From Pelosinus sp. IPA-1 (GTDB lineage: Bacteria > Bacillota > Negativicutes > DSM-13327): DNA of 24,000 bases. The DNA lies in NCBI RefSeq assembly GCF_030269905.1, contig NZ_BSVC01000002.1:12419-36418 (forward strand). Direction: 5' to 3'. Positions 23,273-24,000 of the stretch are shown one piece after another. The position numbers were made by a program, and so were the translations under genes. The notes under the pieces were generated by a model. It did no database searches and was not told where the DNA came from. It saw only the letters and a list, made by a program, of their open reading frames with translations. Numbering within the stretch: the first letter of the stretch is position 1; each line of letters starts with the position of its first letter.

Positions 23273-24000
23273 TTGAGGCTAAAAATTTGTTCAGTCTTTC
23301 TTTGCTTAGTGTTACTAACTGGCTGCAAGGGTCAACCTGAGCTTAATCATATTGGGATCGTTGTAGCCGTTGCCATAGACAAAGACCCTGAGAATGGCGG
23401 AGTTATTCTAACATCTCAAGTCATAAGACCTGCTTCCCTAGACAAGAAAAGTCCCGGCAAAGACGCTCCTACGGAATTGGTTTCTACCAAAGGAAAAACA
23501 ATCTTTGAGGCAATTCGGGATACAACTCAGGAGTTTGATCGAATAAATTTCTATGCACACACAAAAGTAATCGTAATTGGTGAGGAATTGGCTAAAGAAG
23601 ATATTACACCTGTTCTTGATTTTTTTGTAAGAGGCAGGCAATTAAGGGGTTATACCTGGTTATGTATTGCAAAGAATGCCCCTGCTCGCGATATAATCGG
23701 CGTTAAAGATGGAATTGATAGGATACAAGCAAACTATCTGAAAGATATTATCGAAAACAAAAAATATCAATATAAAGTAACTGCTTCCAGTGTTATTGAT
23801 TATTATAGAAAAGCCTTGCAAGAAGGGAATAATCCAATCACGGGAGTGCTGGAAATTGTCGAAGTTCCCAATCAACCAGTAGAAAAAAAAGAAGGAAAAA
23901 CTACAAAGGAAATAAGATTTTCAGGCACTGCTGTATTTAAAAAAGATGCACTAGTTGGATATTTTAATGAAAAAGAAACACAAGGCTTGAATTGGATTAT
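23273..24000 (+). CDS. Spore germinant receptor C subunit lipoprotein (Ger(x)C family), 3' end outside the window
   Basis: Not in the ORF track, because there is no stop within the window. TTG at 23273 lies 11 nt after GGAGG. My translation is LRLKICSVFLCLVLLTGCKGQPELNHIGIVVAVAIDKD...: lipobox LLTGC, then motifs typical of GerC N-terminal domains. The frame stays open to position 24000. Confidence 0.85.
   Translation, partial: MRLKICSVFLCLVLLTGCKGQPELNHIGIVVAVAIDKDPENGGVILTSQVIRPASLDKKSPGKDAPTELVSTKGKTIFEAIRDTTQEFDRINFYAHTKVIVIGEELAKEDITPVLDFFVRGRQLRGYTWLCIAKNAPARDIIGVKDGIDRIQANYLKDIIENKKYQYKVTASSVIDYYRKALQEGNNPITGVLEIVEVPNQPVEKKEGKTTKEIRFSGTAVFKKDALVGYFNEKETQGLNWI

Noticed and set aside
1-24000. 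Whole-window check for CRISPR arrays, IS elements or inverted terminal repeats, integrases, toxin-antitoxin pairs, restriction-modification or other defence-system hallmarks, tRNA and rRNA.
   Set aside because: I saw no regularly spaced direct repeats, no transposase, recombinase, nuclease, helicase or NTPase gene typical of defence systems, and no cloverleaf-like or rRNA-like sequence. The only repeats are the two 13-mers at 8966-8998 and the operator-scale repeats. The window reads as core or accessory metabolic chromosome rather than a mobile or defence island.

Overview
By eye this is an AT-rich chromosomal segment from an endospore-forming Firmicute (Bacillota). The evidence is a germinant-receptor gene set, a sporulation-type orphan histidine kinase, strong GGAGG ribosome-binding sites and classic hairpin plus T-run terminators. 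I support about 24 protein genes, mostly on the + strand, arranged in roughly a dozen short transcription units. In order they are: a base-excision-repair pair (nfo plus an HhH-GPD glycosylase); a TetR regulator followed by a SAM methyltransferase; an MBL-fold hydrolase plus a CTP-synthase-like glutamine amidotransferase domain protein; a LUD-domain protein; a DUF2935-like protein; a Crp/Fnr regulator divergent from uridine phosphorylase; a four-gene BMP-type nucleoside ABC importer behind a highly structured 277-nt leader; a GNAT-cNMP fusion protein; an orphan multi-pass PAS histidine kinase; a LysR regulator plus a short QueG/RdhA-like Fe-S protein; a TetR plus zinc-ribbon mini-operon; and a ger operon in the order B, small ORF, A, C, with C truncated by the window end. 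I saw no rRNA, tRNA, CRISPR array, IS/transposase, integrase, phage gene or recognisable defence gene, so this does not look like a mobile or defence island. The most unusual items are these. (1) A monocistronic protein fuses an OlsB/FeeM-type N-acyltransferase domain to a cyclic-nucleotide-binding-like domain that lacks the canonical cNMP-contacting residues, and it sits next to the orphan kinase. (2) The leader of the nucleoside transporter contains a compact three-way junction, two tandem palindromic 13-mers and a PyrR-box-like hairpin followed by a U7 tract. (3) A small membrane ORF is translationally coupled inside the ger operon. All functional calls come from motif recognition by eye, not from database searches. 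None of the candidate novelties is proven.
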